DNA of 64,000 nucleotides. Source: Chrysomallon squamiferum (Eukaryota; Animalia; Mollusca). Position numbers and translations under genes: made by a program. Positions 1 through 13,623 of the stretch are shown here, piece after piece; the first letter of the stretch is position 1; each line of letters opens with the position of its first letter. The stretch is from contig CM022670.1 of NCBI GenBank assembly GCA_012295275.1, positions 11,346,001 to 11,410,000 of the forward strand, in the 5' to 3' direction. The notes beneath the pieces were generated by a model. It saw nothing but the letters and a program-made list of their open reading frames with translations. It had not been told where the DNA came from and ran no database searches.

Positions 1-230
1 ATTTAATACAGAAAATTTCTTTAATTATTTATAACTACTATTAATTAATTTTTTTTATTATTTTTTTTATTTTTTTTTAATAAAAACTGGCTAACATACT
101 GTTATTTCTTTTCTTTCTTATTATTTCCCCACCTTCTATTATGAGTATGAGCCATACTACATAATTGACATTTTTGTGTTTCATCATTAATAAACTTTTT
201 TTTTTTTTGATATTTGATATTGTTTTTAAG

Positions 231-440
231 GCTATTACAACTGGAGATATTCCTGGATTTATTGATGTGGTGCTCAACTTTGGCTCCAGTCATCTTCAGG
301 ATGATAATCTGATCACACAATTCAAACTGGCTAACAGGACACAAATATTTTTTGGCGATGATACTTGGATAAATCTTTTCCCAGATCATTTTCTGAGATA
401 TGATGGAACTTCATCCTTTTTTGTCACTGATTATACAGAG
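231..440 (+). CDS. PIGG: PIGG exon (AITTGDIPGF...VTDYTE)
   Basis: ttttaag| acceptor, GAG|gtaaat donor, 210 nt, phase 0-0. Confidence 0.93.
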
Positions 441-3400
441 GTAAATCTAACTTAGTGTAAATAATAAAAAAATTTAACAACTATATCTAATGTGTTTAAA
501 AATATATTTCATTAAATATTTTTGAAATTGTATATAAAATTTACAGGTTGTTGTTGTATATAGTTCTTGGATATTTTTGCCAAAATTCCAAACATTGTCT
601 TGGCTAAAATGTATTTTAAATACATTTTTACAGTTAATTTTTTATTTTTATTTTTTTCTTAATTTTATTTATTAATTTATTTTCTTGTTATTTAAATCCT
701 AGGTTGACAATAATGTGACTCGTCATCTTTCTTCAGAATTGGTCAGTCCTGATTGGGATGTCATGATTCTTCATTACCTTGGTCTTGACCACATTGGTCA
801 TCTGAGTGGACCTAAAAGCCCTCTAATAGCACCAAAACTTGTTGAGATGGATGCTATTATTAAAACAATCTTTTCTTCAATGGAGGAATGGGTAAGTATG
901 AAATAATAGAATTAAATTTATACTTCATTCTTCTGTTACACATAGTATAATGAAAAAATATCTCTTTTTTTTTTAAAGTTTAAAAAATGCATATTAAATC
1001 ACATTTATTAATGTAGTTCTTGTTGTTGATCTAAGATTTACTTCACTTTTAGAGCAGTAAAGAATCAGATAAAAATCTTTTGTTGATATGTGGTGACCAT
1101 GGAATGAGTAATCAAGGAGGGCATGGAGGAGCCTCTCTGGAGGAAACCATGGTTCCAGTCATCTTAGCTAGCCCTTCATTTACCCCAGGTAGGAAAGTCA
1201 CCTCTCAAGTTTTATAATTCTGTATATGTATATGTTTTTTTTTTCTAAGTCAGTCAAAATAAATAAAGATTGTTTTACTTACCTTAAACATTTAAATATA
1301 TTTTGTTTTAATTTGTTATACAAACATTGTTTATAAAGAGGGAAAAAAAAAGAAATATACTTTTGAGTTATTTAATGTACAGTACTTACTAAGATTAATA
1401 TCCTCTCTTACAGTATTTTTATTATTCATATTTCAGAAGCTACTTCAACCAAAATAAATAGCCCCAAAAATATATTTCAAATTGATCTAGCACCAACACT
1501 AGCAATGCTCATGGGTGTGCCAATTCCAAAGAACAGTTTAGGTCAGATTGTACTTAAGAGTCTGATTGGTTACACTGTTGAAGACCAACTTAGAGCTTAT
1601 CAAATCAATGCCTTTCAGATTCTCAATATACTTCAGCAAAATATCCAGAACTATGAGAGAGGTACATTTTATATTAGTGTTTATAATGGAACAAAAATAC
1701 TAAGGATAATATTTTGTTTTTAAATATAAAAAATTAAATACAAGTAATGAAGCAATTGAATTTTTGTTTATTATAAGTTTTTAAACTGGTCTAGATAAAT
1801 TTGTAATAGATAATAATAAGTATTTATTTATTTATTTATTTATTTATTTTGCAAATGCATTTTCAGTATTGCTATTTTTTTCAGATCTGTGCAATTAGAT
1901 TTGATATATATAATAATCTAATCTCATAGATCTGAAAAAATTGCAATACTGAAAATGCATTTGCAAAAAACAACAACACACACACACACACACATATATA
2001 TAAAAACCCAATTTTATCACTGAACTGCTAAAATATCATATATTTGTCACTTCCCTATTATGTAGTCTGATTATGAGATGATGTTAAGATGTATTTTGCT
2101 ACTGGAAATGTTAAAACATTTTCATATTTAACTAGAATAACGTTATATTTTCAGTGATTTACCTTTTGTTTATGAATCTGAAGGTTTTTGTTTTTAGCAT
2201 GATGATTTAAATGCTATTTTCAGTATGTTTGTATGTATTGAAACAGATGAAGGTTACCAGATATATCTGCAGACTGAAAAACAACATGGCAGATGGCTAG
2301 ACAGTATGAGAACTGAACTCAGTAAAGAATCATGGGAAATATTTGGACAGAAATTGTGTGCAGATTATCAACGTAGTGTTCAACTGATGGCATCTCGCAT
2401 CAGTAGAACTGCCACGACATATGACCTGTACAGTATGATTACTGCAATAGTCTTCTTGATATCGGTGAATTTTTAAAAATATTTCTTTAAACTTTACCTA
2501 TTATTATAGTTTAAATACATCTATATATCCTTGCATCTGAATCTGTCAGAATTCATTATGATTAATGAGATGGTTTTCTTTCTGTCATAAATAAAAAACA
2601 AAAGTTATCTTCGCAGTTACAATTCTCTGCTAAAAAAAAAAAAATTCTGAAAAATAAATAATGAATTTAGAATACATGCATCTTAACTGATATTGTTGAT
2701 ATTATTTCCTTGTTTTCTTTTTTAAAGCAACATATTTTAATATACAGATAAGTATTTCATCAACAGATAACTAATATGCACCAGTAATGTCAAATTAACC
2801 CATATATGAACTTAATAAAATACATCAGAACAGACAAACAAAAAGGGTACTTAACATTAATCTAATCTAATCTATTAGTATTATATCATTTTCACTTCCA
2901 GATCTTCCTGTTATTATGCATCATGATCTCTTCACCCATGACTTTCCTTTGCCAATTTTCATTCACTGATGTGGCTGCATTCAGCATCTGCTGCAGTCTT
3001 GGGGTTATTGGTCATGTGACTGTCTGCACAAGCCTCAATAAAAGCGACTTGCTGTGTCAGTCAAACGCATTGTCACTTGGTTTACAACTTTTGATGATGT
3101 GTATGTTTTGCAGCATTTTAATCCTATTTATCAGTTATAAAAAATACTACAGACCAATATTAAGGGTAATTACTTTTCAAGCAAATTGCTTTTATCACAC
3201 TGATGCAATAATTATGGATTATAGTGTTACTAGATATGAATTTTCTTGTTGCAATTCTTACAGTTTTGAGAATCATTACAGTTAAGTAGATTTTAGAGGA
3301 AAATGCCACAGTAATATTTCTGTTAATAGGTTTCCATTTTATAATACATTGTTTGTTTTTTGGGAAGGGTGATTTCAGTGGCTTTTATTATTATTATTAT

Positions 3401-6400
3401 TTTTTAAAATATTTTTAAAAGATAATATTCAGTTATTGTTAGTAATATGTCAAATTCCAGACTTAGAATACCTCAGAAAAGTAATTTCATGAGTAAGTGA
3501 CATCATAAGTTATAATCTTCTAGTATAACGCAATATTGCTTTAACCAGTTTCAAACACACCTAGCCTGTAGAAACTGATCTTACAGGATAATACAGGAAA
3601 ACACACTAATTAAAACTGAAATTGCTATTTTTGATGATACTCACAAGGGTAGGAATAAGAATATTTTGTAGTTTGTATCTTTATTTTATTATTTTATTTT
3701 ATTTTATTTTATTTTATTTTATTTTATTTTATTTGTTTTTTCCAGTTTATAATGCCTGGTAATATAGAGATGTTTTTCTTGATTGGTACCCTATTGCACA
3801 CCCTGAGCCTTCTTTCAAGCAGTTTTGTGGAGGAGGAACACCAAACATGGTATTTTTACACCACTACAGTTCATGTGATGATCCTGATCAAAGTGCTTTA
3901 TAAGAAAGGGACAGAAAGTAACAAGAATATCAGTCAGGATAAAGACAGTTTCTGCAAGAAACAGCCATGTAATACTGAATCAGAAAATAATCCAGTAGGC
4001 AAATACATGCATCATGAATCATCAGAAGACTTGTGTAATTATAACCAACAGGAACATTCTGCTTCTACAGATTCCACGATTGTTTATGAAGATTTGAAAG
4101 AAAGTGAAAATGCAGAAGGAAAATGCTTTAGTAAAAAGAATTACAAGACAGGCAGTGTGTCAGGAAGAGCCATTTTGTCAGGTTGTTTACTTTTGGTATT
4201 GCTTCGTGTCTTGCGTGCTTGGAATCAGACAGGAGACAAATGGCGTCATCTTCCAGATGTTGGAGACTGGCTTGTACGGTACTGTATGACTCTTCTTTTT
4301 GTTTACCCAAACTGTTTCAAAATAATCGTTTTTAAATATATTTGTGTACTTTCTGTGAATAAAACAAAATACATCTTTTGGATGAAACATACTTGCTTAA
4401 TATTTATTTAATTTACACTTGTCAGGAAAAGGTTATTACTAAAAGGCCTATCAGTACTTGTCTTTATCTTTCTTAAATTAAGATTTAAAAATTAAATTTA
4501 ATAATTTCTTTTTTCAGGCCAGAAAACAAAGATATTTTGTCAGGAGTAGTTGTCTTCTCAATTATTTGCATTATTGCTACAAGATGTTTCCACAGATCTC
4601 CTTTCCATACAGCTCTGTTTGTGTGGGCTATGATTTGCATCTACTGCTTCAGAGCTGCAAATGGTTCAGTCATCTTCCCAAGCATATACTCAGGAACATC
4701 CAAGTAAGTAAATGTGTTAATACCAGTCCAAATATTTTCTGTTACATATTAACGTGGTTAATACTTCTTTTTTTTTAATCTTGGTGATACATTTTCACAA
4801 GAAATGTTGCGATCTGAATTTATCTGATTCAAAATAATTTTGACATGTATTATTAAAATGAGGATTTGACAGCCACCAGAAGTAGATTCTGATGTATATA
4901 CCATCTTAATAAAAATGCCATTATACAGAAATCTTCTGTACACAATTAGCAGAAAGCAAAAGAATACATATGGTAAGTGTCAGAAAACAGATGCAGTGCT
5001 TTGTGAAAATGATCTTAACAGATAGAACTGCTAAGTTTACTGACAAAAACAAAATGTACCCGAAAACAATGAGGTAAAGACATCATATTGATTGAAACAT
5101 TCACAAAACGTACTACCCCAACAATATTAGTGGCCTTTTCCTAAGCAATAAAAATTGAAACTAAATACTGAATATAGATAATGACTTAATAAAAAAAAAA
5201 AATTAATAAACATTTCAAATCTAATGAGATTATCAACCTTAAACATTTATTCATTCTTGAAAATAGATTTCTTAATATATATATATATATATTATGAATT
5301 GATTTTGTTGTGATTTTGTTTGTTTTTTATCTTAAAATGAAAAATCTTTTCAGAGGAACTTTGGAAGCTCAAGTATGTTATGCCATGATGATGTTTTTGA
5401 TGATGGAAACTCTTGTGACATGGATCTACTTTTCAATAAGACAACAACAAGACAAACCAAATTCTGGTATGATACTGTGGGAAAGAATTCAGACAATATG
5501 GCTTACTCTAGGAGTGCTTTTATCACGACCACACAACATTGCAGTGGTTTCCATGATATCAGTGTTTGAAAATCTTGTCTTTAAACATTTTATTATTCAC
5601 ATAAAGCAGCCGGTATTCTTGCTTCTCTACTGTGCATGGATGGGAGAGGCTACATTCTTCTTTCAGGTAAAAGTTTTCTTCTTTAAGTTTTTTTTTTTGT
5701 GCATTTAATAAATATAGCTGTAATTTTTAATTTTTCGAACTAGAGCTATAGCTTAACCAGGTAATAGTTATTCAGAAATAGTCACAGTACATTTCATTTG
5801 TTTTTGTTCTAACCCTTTTCAAAGAAATGTTTTGAAGCAATCACTATGAATATTGTTTGATGTATCTGTGTTTTTTCACATTTATCTTTATCAAATTTAT
5901 GTAAATTGATACAAAGAATTTGTTTATTAATAAAATTAACAGAAATTTTTCTTTCTTTGTTTATTTTCTTAAATAATGTTTTTCTTACAAAACATCCTTA
6001 AGTATGCTTTATTCATTATCAAAATGTTTATTTTCAAATAGAACAGTCCAGTGACATTAAAATATATTTTTAATTTCAGGGTAATTCTAACAGTATAACA
6101 ACAGTTGATGTGACTGCAGGTTATGTTGGTTTAGTGGATTATCAACCTGTACTGATAGGCCTACTCATGTTTTCATCCACATATTTTGGACCAGTGTTTT
6201 GGTTTTTGTCATTCTTCAAGTACACTAACCACCTTTTAACTGGACAGAAGATAACATCTTACAAAACAAGGTGAAAGTTAATATTTGTTAAAATAAATGT
6301 TCCTAAATGCATTAGGTTTTTTTTTCTCTTTCCATACTCGTCTTCTTTAATATCTAGTCTTGGCTGAAAATAAAATATTACTAAAAAAAAAATTTGTGTA

Positions 6401-7069
6401 TGGTGTATGGTGTCTTGGAAATTCCATTTATGATGGTGTGTGTACATAAAGACGCAGTGAAATAAATCCAGATAAATCATTGCAATAACCTTGTATAATT
6501 GTCAGAAACATTTATTATTGGGTGAGATCCCAGTAAAAGGTGAAAAATTATTTATCTTCGTATACTTCTTATTTTATTGTCATATTTTATTACTGCAATA
6601 AATATACCAATAATTGTTGCATTAAAAAAAAATGCCATAATAATAATTTTTGAAATTACTTAATTTTGATGTTTCGTTAACAACTGATCAAGATTCTAAT
6701 AATTAAAAATCAATCTCCAAAATCAATTTTATGCATTTTAAATTTTGTTTTTTATTATCAACATTTTCTTTAAAAAAAATTCTTTTCTTTTTTTCAAAAA
6801 CTTTCTTGTTATTTTTGAGTATTTGCTATCTGTAATCTAATTTTGTTGACTTTCATTTCAGACTGAAGTCATGCTACGCAAACTCTTCTCTCACATTACT
6901 GCTGGTCCACACTCTGATTCTGCTCGTTTTTACAATCTTGGTGACCATAGAACGATACCATCTTTTTGCATGGACAGTTTTCTCACCCAAACTACTCTAT
7001 GAAGGAACCAAAACTATTGTAATTGTCATATTTTCTTGGATATTTGTATTTGCATCGTATGTTATATGA
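231..7069 (+). CDS. PIGG: PIGG / GPI ethanolamine phosphate transferase 2 (GPI7 orthologue), 5'-partial, spliced CDS join(231..440,703..891,1053..1188,1437..1661,2247..2464,2902..3165,3746..4278,4518..4703,5354..5666,6080..6270,6862..7069)
   Basis: All introns are GT-AG with consistent phases. Family motifs: GDDTW, ILHYLGLDHIGH, CGDHGM..GGHGG, QIDLAPTL, SSSFVEEEHQTWY, WNQTG, GNSNS..TVD, RYHLFAWTVFSPKLLYE. TGA at 7067-7069. Confidence 0.95.
703..891 (+). CDS. PIGG: PIGG exon (VDNNVT...HYLGLDHIGH...MEEW)
   Basis: cctag| acceptor, TGG|gtaagt donor, 189 nt. Confidence 0.95.
1053..1188 (+). CDS. PIGG: PIGG exon (SSKESDKNLLLICGDHGMSNQGGHGGAS...)
   Basis: ttttag| acceptor, CAG|gtagga donor, 136 nt, metal-binding GDHGM motif; absent from the ORF track. 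Confidence 0.93.
1437..1661 (+). CDS. PIGG: PIGG exon (..FQIDLAPTLAMLMGVPIPKNSLG..)
   Basis: tttcag| acceptor, GAG|gtacat donor, 225 nt, phase 1-1. Confidence 0.93.
1847..1968. repeat. ~120-bp near-perfect inverted repeat (hairpin) in a PIGG intron
   Basis: ttttgcaaatgcattttcagtattgctattttttcagatct is the reverse complement (few mismatches) of agatctgaaaaaattgcaatactgaaaatgcatttgcaaaa; pairing continues imperfectly toward a TA-rich centre. Confidence 0.85.
2247..2464 (+). CDS. PIGG: PIGG exon (DEGYQIY...YDLYSMITAIVFLIS)
   Basis: aaacag| acceptor, TCG|gtgaat donor, 218 nt, phase 1-0. Confidence 0.88.
2902..3165 (+). CDS. PIGG: PIGG transmembrane exon
   Basis: ttccag| acceptor, AGG|gtaatt donor, 264 nt, hydrophobic open frame. 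Confidence 0.85.
3746..4278 (+). CDS. PIGG: PIGG exon (SSSFVEEEHQTWY...WNQTGDKWRHLPDVGDWL)
   Basis: ttccag| acceptor, ACG|gtactg donor, 533 nt, phase 0-2. Confidence 0.92.
4518..4703 (+). CDS. PIGG: PIGG exon (PENKDILS...IYCFRAANG..)
   Basis: tttcag| acceptor, CAA|gtaagt donor, 186 nt, phase 2-2. Confidence 0.9.
5354..5666 (+). CDS. PIGG: PIGG exon (GTLEAQVCY...LLSRPHN...WMGEATFFFQ)
   Basis: tttcag| acceptor, CAG|gtaaaa donor, 313 nt, phase 2-0. Confidence 0.92.
6080..6270 (+). CDS. PIGG: PIGG exon (GNSNSITTVDVTAGYVGL...TYFGPV)
   Basis: tttcag| acceptor, AAG|gtgaaa donor, 191 nt. Confidence 0.92.
6862..7069 (+). CDS. PIGG: PIGG last coding exon (...ERYHLFAWTVFSPKLLYE...*)
   Basis: tttcag| acceptor, conserved C-terminal motif, TGA stop. 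Confidence 0.93.
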
Positions 7070-7181
7070 GGCAGAGGCTTAAACCCAAAATGTTATAATT
7101 TGGTTTCTGTAAATGAGAAATTCATGCTCATGTGTTGATTTGAATTTTTTTAAATTATTTATTGCAGCTATTTATGTTTTG

Positions 7182-7187
7182 AATAAA
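7182..7187 (+). terminator. candidate polyadenylation signal of PIGG
   Basis: First AATAAA, about 110 nt after the stop codon. Confidence 0.5.
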
Positions 7188-8134
7188 TATTTTGTATACA
7201 GTACTGTCTTGACATAATTTTTCAGATTTATTGACTGTAAATTAGAAAGAACAAATTTAAAATATTTATTAGTCCTGAATTTAAAGGGATTAATTGAAGA
7301 GTTTGGTTCCAAAACACTGTAAATCCATTTTCTTTGTATTGAGAAAAATGACTATTTCTGCTCTGAAGTGTATGGTGTTATGAAGCAAAGGTCTATAGTC
7401 TACTGCACAGATCAACAGTGGATATAGAATTTCATCAGTTCCTAGCAATTTTTACACACACACACATGCACACGATTACATAATTTAGAGCCCAAATGCA
7501 CATGCATTTAATTTTAAATAAAAGCAATACTGGATGATAAAGAATGAATTATTAATCACTTACGTAAACTTGGATGAAGCTGTTGAGAATAGGCTGCTGT
7601 ATAATCATGTTGTGGTAAAGGATTTTCTTACTTACAGAGGTTTTGATTATTTGATAAGAGAGTATTATTAACCTACCACACATTTTCTGTTTCTGTAAAT
7701 AATTAACTAATATTTTATAATGGAATAACCCACTGTATTAGAGGTATCTGAAGACTTTTAGAGGATTCGGAGGACTGGAATCTGGTACGATTCTGTGGCC
7801 GACAAGCATTGCCAGCTGTACTGATACCTAACCTGCATTTTCGGTTTCTCTGAGCAAAAAGCTTTTAATAGACTGAATGTGGGTTTAAACAGCAAGAGTT
7901 TAATGTAAATCACACACATTTTATAACAGCCTTGTTTTAACATTTTGTTTAAAATAAATGTAAAAATCTGTATGTGACACTGTTCTTATTAAGACTAAAA
8001 GTTTACAAGTTCAAACTTAAAAGCATAATTTGACTAACCGACTGAATATTAATGTGATATATTAATTTCACATCTCTGTTGTTTGCCACATTAATTACTC
8101 CAAGCCAAATGGCCTTGATGAGTTACATTCCTGG

Positions 8135-8946
8135 GGGAATACAGAAAAAAATGGCACCGTAAAAAAAGGCACCAGGAAATAATGGCATCTGGAAGAAATA
8201 TAACCATGTATTTGGAAAAAAATGGCACCTGAAAAAAAAATGTTATTGCTTATTGACATTTAGTTATTGGTAATAGGTGAAGTCCTGCTTACAAAAACAA
8301 TTCATAATTGCACAAAAAACACATAAAAAAACTAGTGCGTTAATAATATTTGAGATAATGATTTAATATAGAAATCAAAATCAGCTAATATCATATTTAG
8401 CAAATATTGACAGTTCATAATTAACAGTTAGAACAAATGTAACTAAAAACAACCCCCCAGATACATATATATATATTTTATGCTGTGTTTGAATTGACAG
8501 AATGATATCATTCTGGAGGATATTTTAACATTAGGTACATCTGTATGAACATGTCTGTATGAACATACTTGTGCATATATGTATGAATGTGTGTTTGTGT
8601 GTGTAAACATTTTATTTTATATATATATATATATATATATACACATACATCTGCTGGAGACCTCATGTAATCAAAACCAAGTGGCTGAGTGATGCTATGT
8701 ATGCTGTATTTTTAAATGTGATAATAATCTGATAACTGTAATATTAAACTCTGATATAATACTGTTCTTCAAGCAAAACCAAGAGGCTGAGTAAAGCTAT
8801 ATATATTAATATACATGTATGTAGCAATATTGCATGAAAAAATTGTATTTTCAAAAATGATAAATAAGGTGCTTTTTTCCAAATTTGCATAATGCCAATT
8901 CTTCCAGGTGCAATTGTTTTTTCCAGTGACATTATTTCCTACACCC
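8135..8946. mobile_element. non-autonomous DNA transposon, MULE/Mutator-like, with tandemly repeated degenerate TIRs
   Basis: 9-bp direct repeat CATTCCTGG at 8126-8134 and 8947-8955. GGG...CCC termini. Left end has repeated GGAAAAAATGGCACC-like units, mirrored as GGTGC..TTTTTTCC units at the right end. No ORF. Confidence 0.75.
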
Positions 8947-9148
8947 CATTCCTGGATAACACTTAAACCTGTGACGTCTTTGAAAAATTAGCCTTCAGAC
9001 AATAGTTTTCAATATGATGTAGTCTCTTTCTTTTTGCAATACACTATTAATAATATTGCATGAGGAGGATACTGCTGGAAAAGCAAATTAAAAACAGGCA
9101 GAGTGGTGATATCTGGCAATATGCCTTTTGTTCTTAGCACGAAATGGG

Positions 9149-9151
<3 letters not shown>

Positions 9152-9220
<69 letters not shown>
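9152..9220. repeat. (GA)n microsatellite
   Basis: Perfect dinucleotide run. Confidence 0.98.
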
Positions 9221-9222
<2 letters not shown>

Positions 9223-10439
9223 TGAAAAAATATTAATTCTGATTCTGTAGTATGACAATATTTTTTTTTTTTTTTTTTATTAATTAGACAAAATTACAGT
9301 TCTATATTGATCGTTATTTTAACCGCCATGGTCTTTGTTTGAAATACGGTTATTATGTATAATTATATAGAGAATTTTATTACCACAAACAGTTGTTTAT
9401 TTGATATAATGTTTAACTATCAACTAATGTATAAATCAATCGCTTTGAGCCAGGGAAAGAAAATGGCCGTCAAGAATATAATTACACTTGTGATGTAACT
9501 GAAAAACAAACATTAAAAATAATAATACATGTATAATAAACCATGATTATGTCACAGCCATTTTGCACGGAAGCTAATTAGGGCCGGTTGATGCAGGAGC
9601 CTGAAAATGCTCCCCGCCCCACAACTCTACCCTCGCACAAGAACATTTCCAAAATATCGAGGTCTACACGTTTAAAAACAATTTAAAGCATACCATCACA
9701 AAATATAGTTGATTTAAACAAAGTTTATTTTCGTTAATTACAATCAAGGTCGCGTTTTACCTTAGTGATTTGGGATTCGTTAACTATCATCTAAATAACA
9801 TTACTGTTAAATTGTTGTTGTTGTTTTTTTCTTTATTATTCTTACATCATTATAATTACTGTATTATCCAGCTGTTATGTGTACTAAATTTTAAATGTTT
9901 CTGTGAATTTTAGGGTTAATGTTTAAATTCGCGATTTCCGGGACTTTAGCATTTTCCGGTTAAACCGTAAAATTGAGTCAACAGTACATTTGTGCTGTAA
10001 GTGAACATGTCTGTTATGAAGAGAAAAATGGAAGTTTTAGAACTCAGATTTACTTCATAAAATTTATTTTATTTGAAAATGTGGCAATTTGTACAATAAT
10101 CCTACTTAAATCATGTTTGATCTTCATTTTTTTTCAAGATACAACTTCAGTCTAATTTTAACACAGAATAAATGTAATAATTTCCACACGCTTATACAGA
10201 AAAACATATACATACCTCTACATACGCACACATACATATAAATATATATATACTTCCAGTAACGCATACATTCTTTTGTCTAAGAATACTGTTATAAGGT
10301 GTTACGTTTTTTATGGATACTGCGAAAGATACTAATTACAGGTTTTGAAATTTTTAAAAGTATGTTTTTAGACATATTGTACTAGCAGTTGCAAAGTTTA
10401 TTAATAATAAGAGTATTTCAGAGCTTTTGAGTTTTTATT

Positions 10440-10650
10440 CTTAAATACACACACACATATACACACACACTATGCACACATACACACGCATACATATACA
10501 TATACAGATATATTAACAATTATTCAAACACACATGTATATACAGATACAAACTTAAATTCATATAGAAATTCATATACATAAACACACATGGACATACA
10601 TACATACATACATACATATATACACACATACATACATACATACATATGCA
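10440..10650. repeat. degenerate (CA)/(TACA)n microsatellite tract
   Basis: Visible imperfect repeats; explains the IHTY/MYVC ORFs. Confidence 0.85.
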
Positions 10651-11019
10651 AACATAAATACAAACAAACCCACATTAATATAATTCAAAAGCGTATCGTT
10701 GTTTATATCAAATCCAAGAACGCTTGCATCTCCCAGCCCCACCAAAAAAAAAAATCCAAAAAAAAAAACAAATTGCCAACATCGATTTTTATATGAAATC
10801 ATTTTAATACAAATAAAAGTACTGTGAATGTTGACAACAATAAACTGGTAATGAACTAACAACGAACTGTCTATAAATTGTCACGAATAATGAACGATTA
10901 CTATTTTCCGTGCAACCTTCCGGGGCGGCTGCATAGCTGATTTAATGGTGCTAAACCTTTTTGAATATTTCACCGGTTAACCATATTTCAGATTTATTAG
11001 AATTATGGTCGACTGTCTT

Positions 11020-11053
<34 letters not shown>

Positions 11054-12440
11054 TTTTGTTCCATAAAATATTTATAGTTATTTATAAATAAAATTTAATT
11101 AAATAAATAAATAAACAAAACAAAAGATAATCCACATTAGTTGTTACGGTTATTTATATCTAAGTCTACCTCTAGATATGTGCATTAAGGCCGAGTCTAT
11201 CTTACAGCAGAGCTGAATCAAAGATTTAGAGAAACGAAGACCAGTACTTTGAACTAGCAGTGTGCTCGTGGCACTTCAGAATATTGGCAGTGTGGCATCC
11301 TTTATCTCTGTTATTAGTTTTTGTTTGGTCTTTCAAAGGTTCTCTTCTGGATTTAAGCAAGATTACTACGAAAGAATGATAAAAATTTATCTGGTCTTTG
11401 AACAGGCTGGACATAAGAAATATGATTTAATCATACACGTGATTAGGAAACAAAAACAATGATAATAAAAAACACTATTAAAAAAAAAAAAAAAAAACCC
11501 TACATGTTTTGGTGTAAACAACGAAAAATAAATTCGTATTATTTGGTTCGACTTTTGTCTGTTGCATTCAAGAATTTCTGTTTTTCTTAATTTAAGAAAT
11601 TCTAAATGATTACAATGCACACATCGAAGCATTGTCGAAGGTTTTTATCTCAGACACAACTGTTTATTACTACCTTCGATACAAACAGTGATTTTTATCA
11701 GCGTGTACACAAAGCTTTTATTGAAAACATTCTCATCACACTTCCGATTATATTCGATTTTTTTCAACTCTGTTACACGAATTCAATAAAACTGGAGCGA
11801 TTAATCATGTATCAATGATATTGATGCAGCTACTAGTGTGTATTTATTTTCAAAATATCATCAACACATAAATGCTCCCCTAAGTTATTCTTCTGTCACC
11901 CTCAAGAGGGACAATACATAAACGTGTGATATAAAAACGCATTCATGCCAATCTTATTTTCTTCTTTTTTTCTTTTTTTTTTTTCTAAATTGTCGCCTTA
12001 GGATATTACGAAAAGGTATATCAATCAAAACAAATGTCATAAATAATAAATAAAAATGATTTAAAAAAATGTCATAAATAAACTGATGATAACTTTAACA
12101 GATGTAACATACCCTTAGAGAGTGTCAGTTTTTACCTATTATATATATAGTTTCCTACTTTATTATTATTATTGTATATTATTATTATATTTTAAGAATT
12201 TGGTCCAGAAATCAGAGGGGGGGACAAACAGAAATCAGGGGAAAAAAACCGGAAATTCATGGCAATTCCTATCAAAAGAACTTGGGAGGGGGAAAAATAT
12301 AAAAGTAATTATAATAATAAAAGGTTTTAGAAACAAGTAAAACAAAAACTGAAAGTATTACAGTACTGACTGCCAGTTAAACCAGTATTTGCATAATAAC
12401 ATCATTTTTTTTTTAATTTTTTGTTATTGTTTTTTCAAAC

Positions 12441-12517
12441 ATTATTATTATTTTATTATTATTATTATTATTATTTATTATTATTATTATTATTTTAATT
12501 ATTATTATTATTATTAT

Positions 12518-12548
<31 letters not shown>
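12441..12548. repeat. (TTA)n plus poly-T
   Basis: Direct reading; a complementary (TAA)n plus poly-A tract lies at ~12963-13032. Confidence 0.9.
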
Positions 12549-12551
<3 letters not shown>

Positions 12552-12962
12552 TATTTGGTACACCTTGTCGCCTCTGCCCTCTTTTTACTTAATAACGGCC
12601 GGCATCAGGCTATTTATTTATTTACTTAATGTTTATATATACTCTGTCGATTTCTCCGATTAATTGCACGGGGTGGCGGGCAATAGTCCAAACAGTGCAA
12701 AAGTCGCGTTAACCCAAACATTTTCCAAAAACATTAAACTTTAGTACACCTAACAGCTAACAGCTCTAAAATTGACTCATACCTTGATGGACGTAGGCAG
12801 AGGGAGGGTTGCTTAACAGATAGGGTTTAAGGTGGAAAATGACGTTAAGTTAAAATTTTGTGATATCGAGGGTCAGCAGTATCTTTTTACCAATATCCAC
12901 TGAAAATTAAACTAAATTTAAAATAATTTTGGTTTTCATTTAATCAGTAAAACGAAATATTA

Positions 12963-13034
<72 letters not shown>

Positions 13035-13623
13035 CGCATGTACCAAAATAAATTACGCCAGTTTTAATCTTGTTTTATAAAATATAAATTGAACACACCC
13101 TACACACAGATACACATACACAACACATATATATATGAATAAAATAATAAAACTAACTAAATAAATTTTGAAAAAATCATTAACAAAATATTTTTCCAGT
13201 TCATTCTCAACGTAAGTAACAATTATGTCGATTATCTGTGTAAATTACTTCGTTACAGTTCGACTGATTATCTGACATTAACATGAAATATTTATATACT
13301 ATTATGTTTTATCTGTTTTTATTTTATCCTCGATATGGATATATACATACTTGAAGATGTTTATTATTTTAAATTTATTTTATCGTTAATGATGTTAACT
13401 ATTGTTGTTTCTAATTTTCACTACAGTTTATTACTTTTCCCATATGAATGTGCAACTCCTGACTAAAATTATATCCTTTATTTATTAACTCTTATTATTA
13501 TTTAAAAATGTAAGTATTCCTGTATTGGTTTCGTTCACCCCTAATATTTTCCCGTTGTCAAAAAGTGGTGCTTAGACTTAACTCTTTTGGCGGAACTATA
13601 ATACTATTACAAATTTCGCAACT

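Noticed and set aside
3900-4170. Long polar insertion in the PIGG membrane region
   Set aside because: Vertebrate PIGG has a variable loop at the same position (before R..NQTG), so it is not novel
8135-8230. Short repeated GGCACC units as a CRISPR-like array
   Set aside because: Eukaryotic context and no unique spacers; explained as transposon subterminal repeats
12441-13032. (TTA)n-polyT followed by (TAA)n-polyA as a possible fold-back element
   Set aside because: Both tracts are common simple repeats in this window, and no TSD or unique TIR sequence was found
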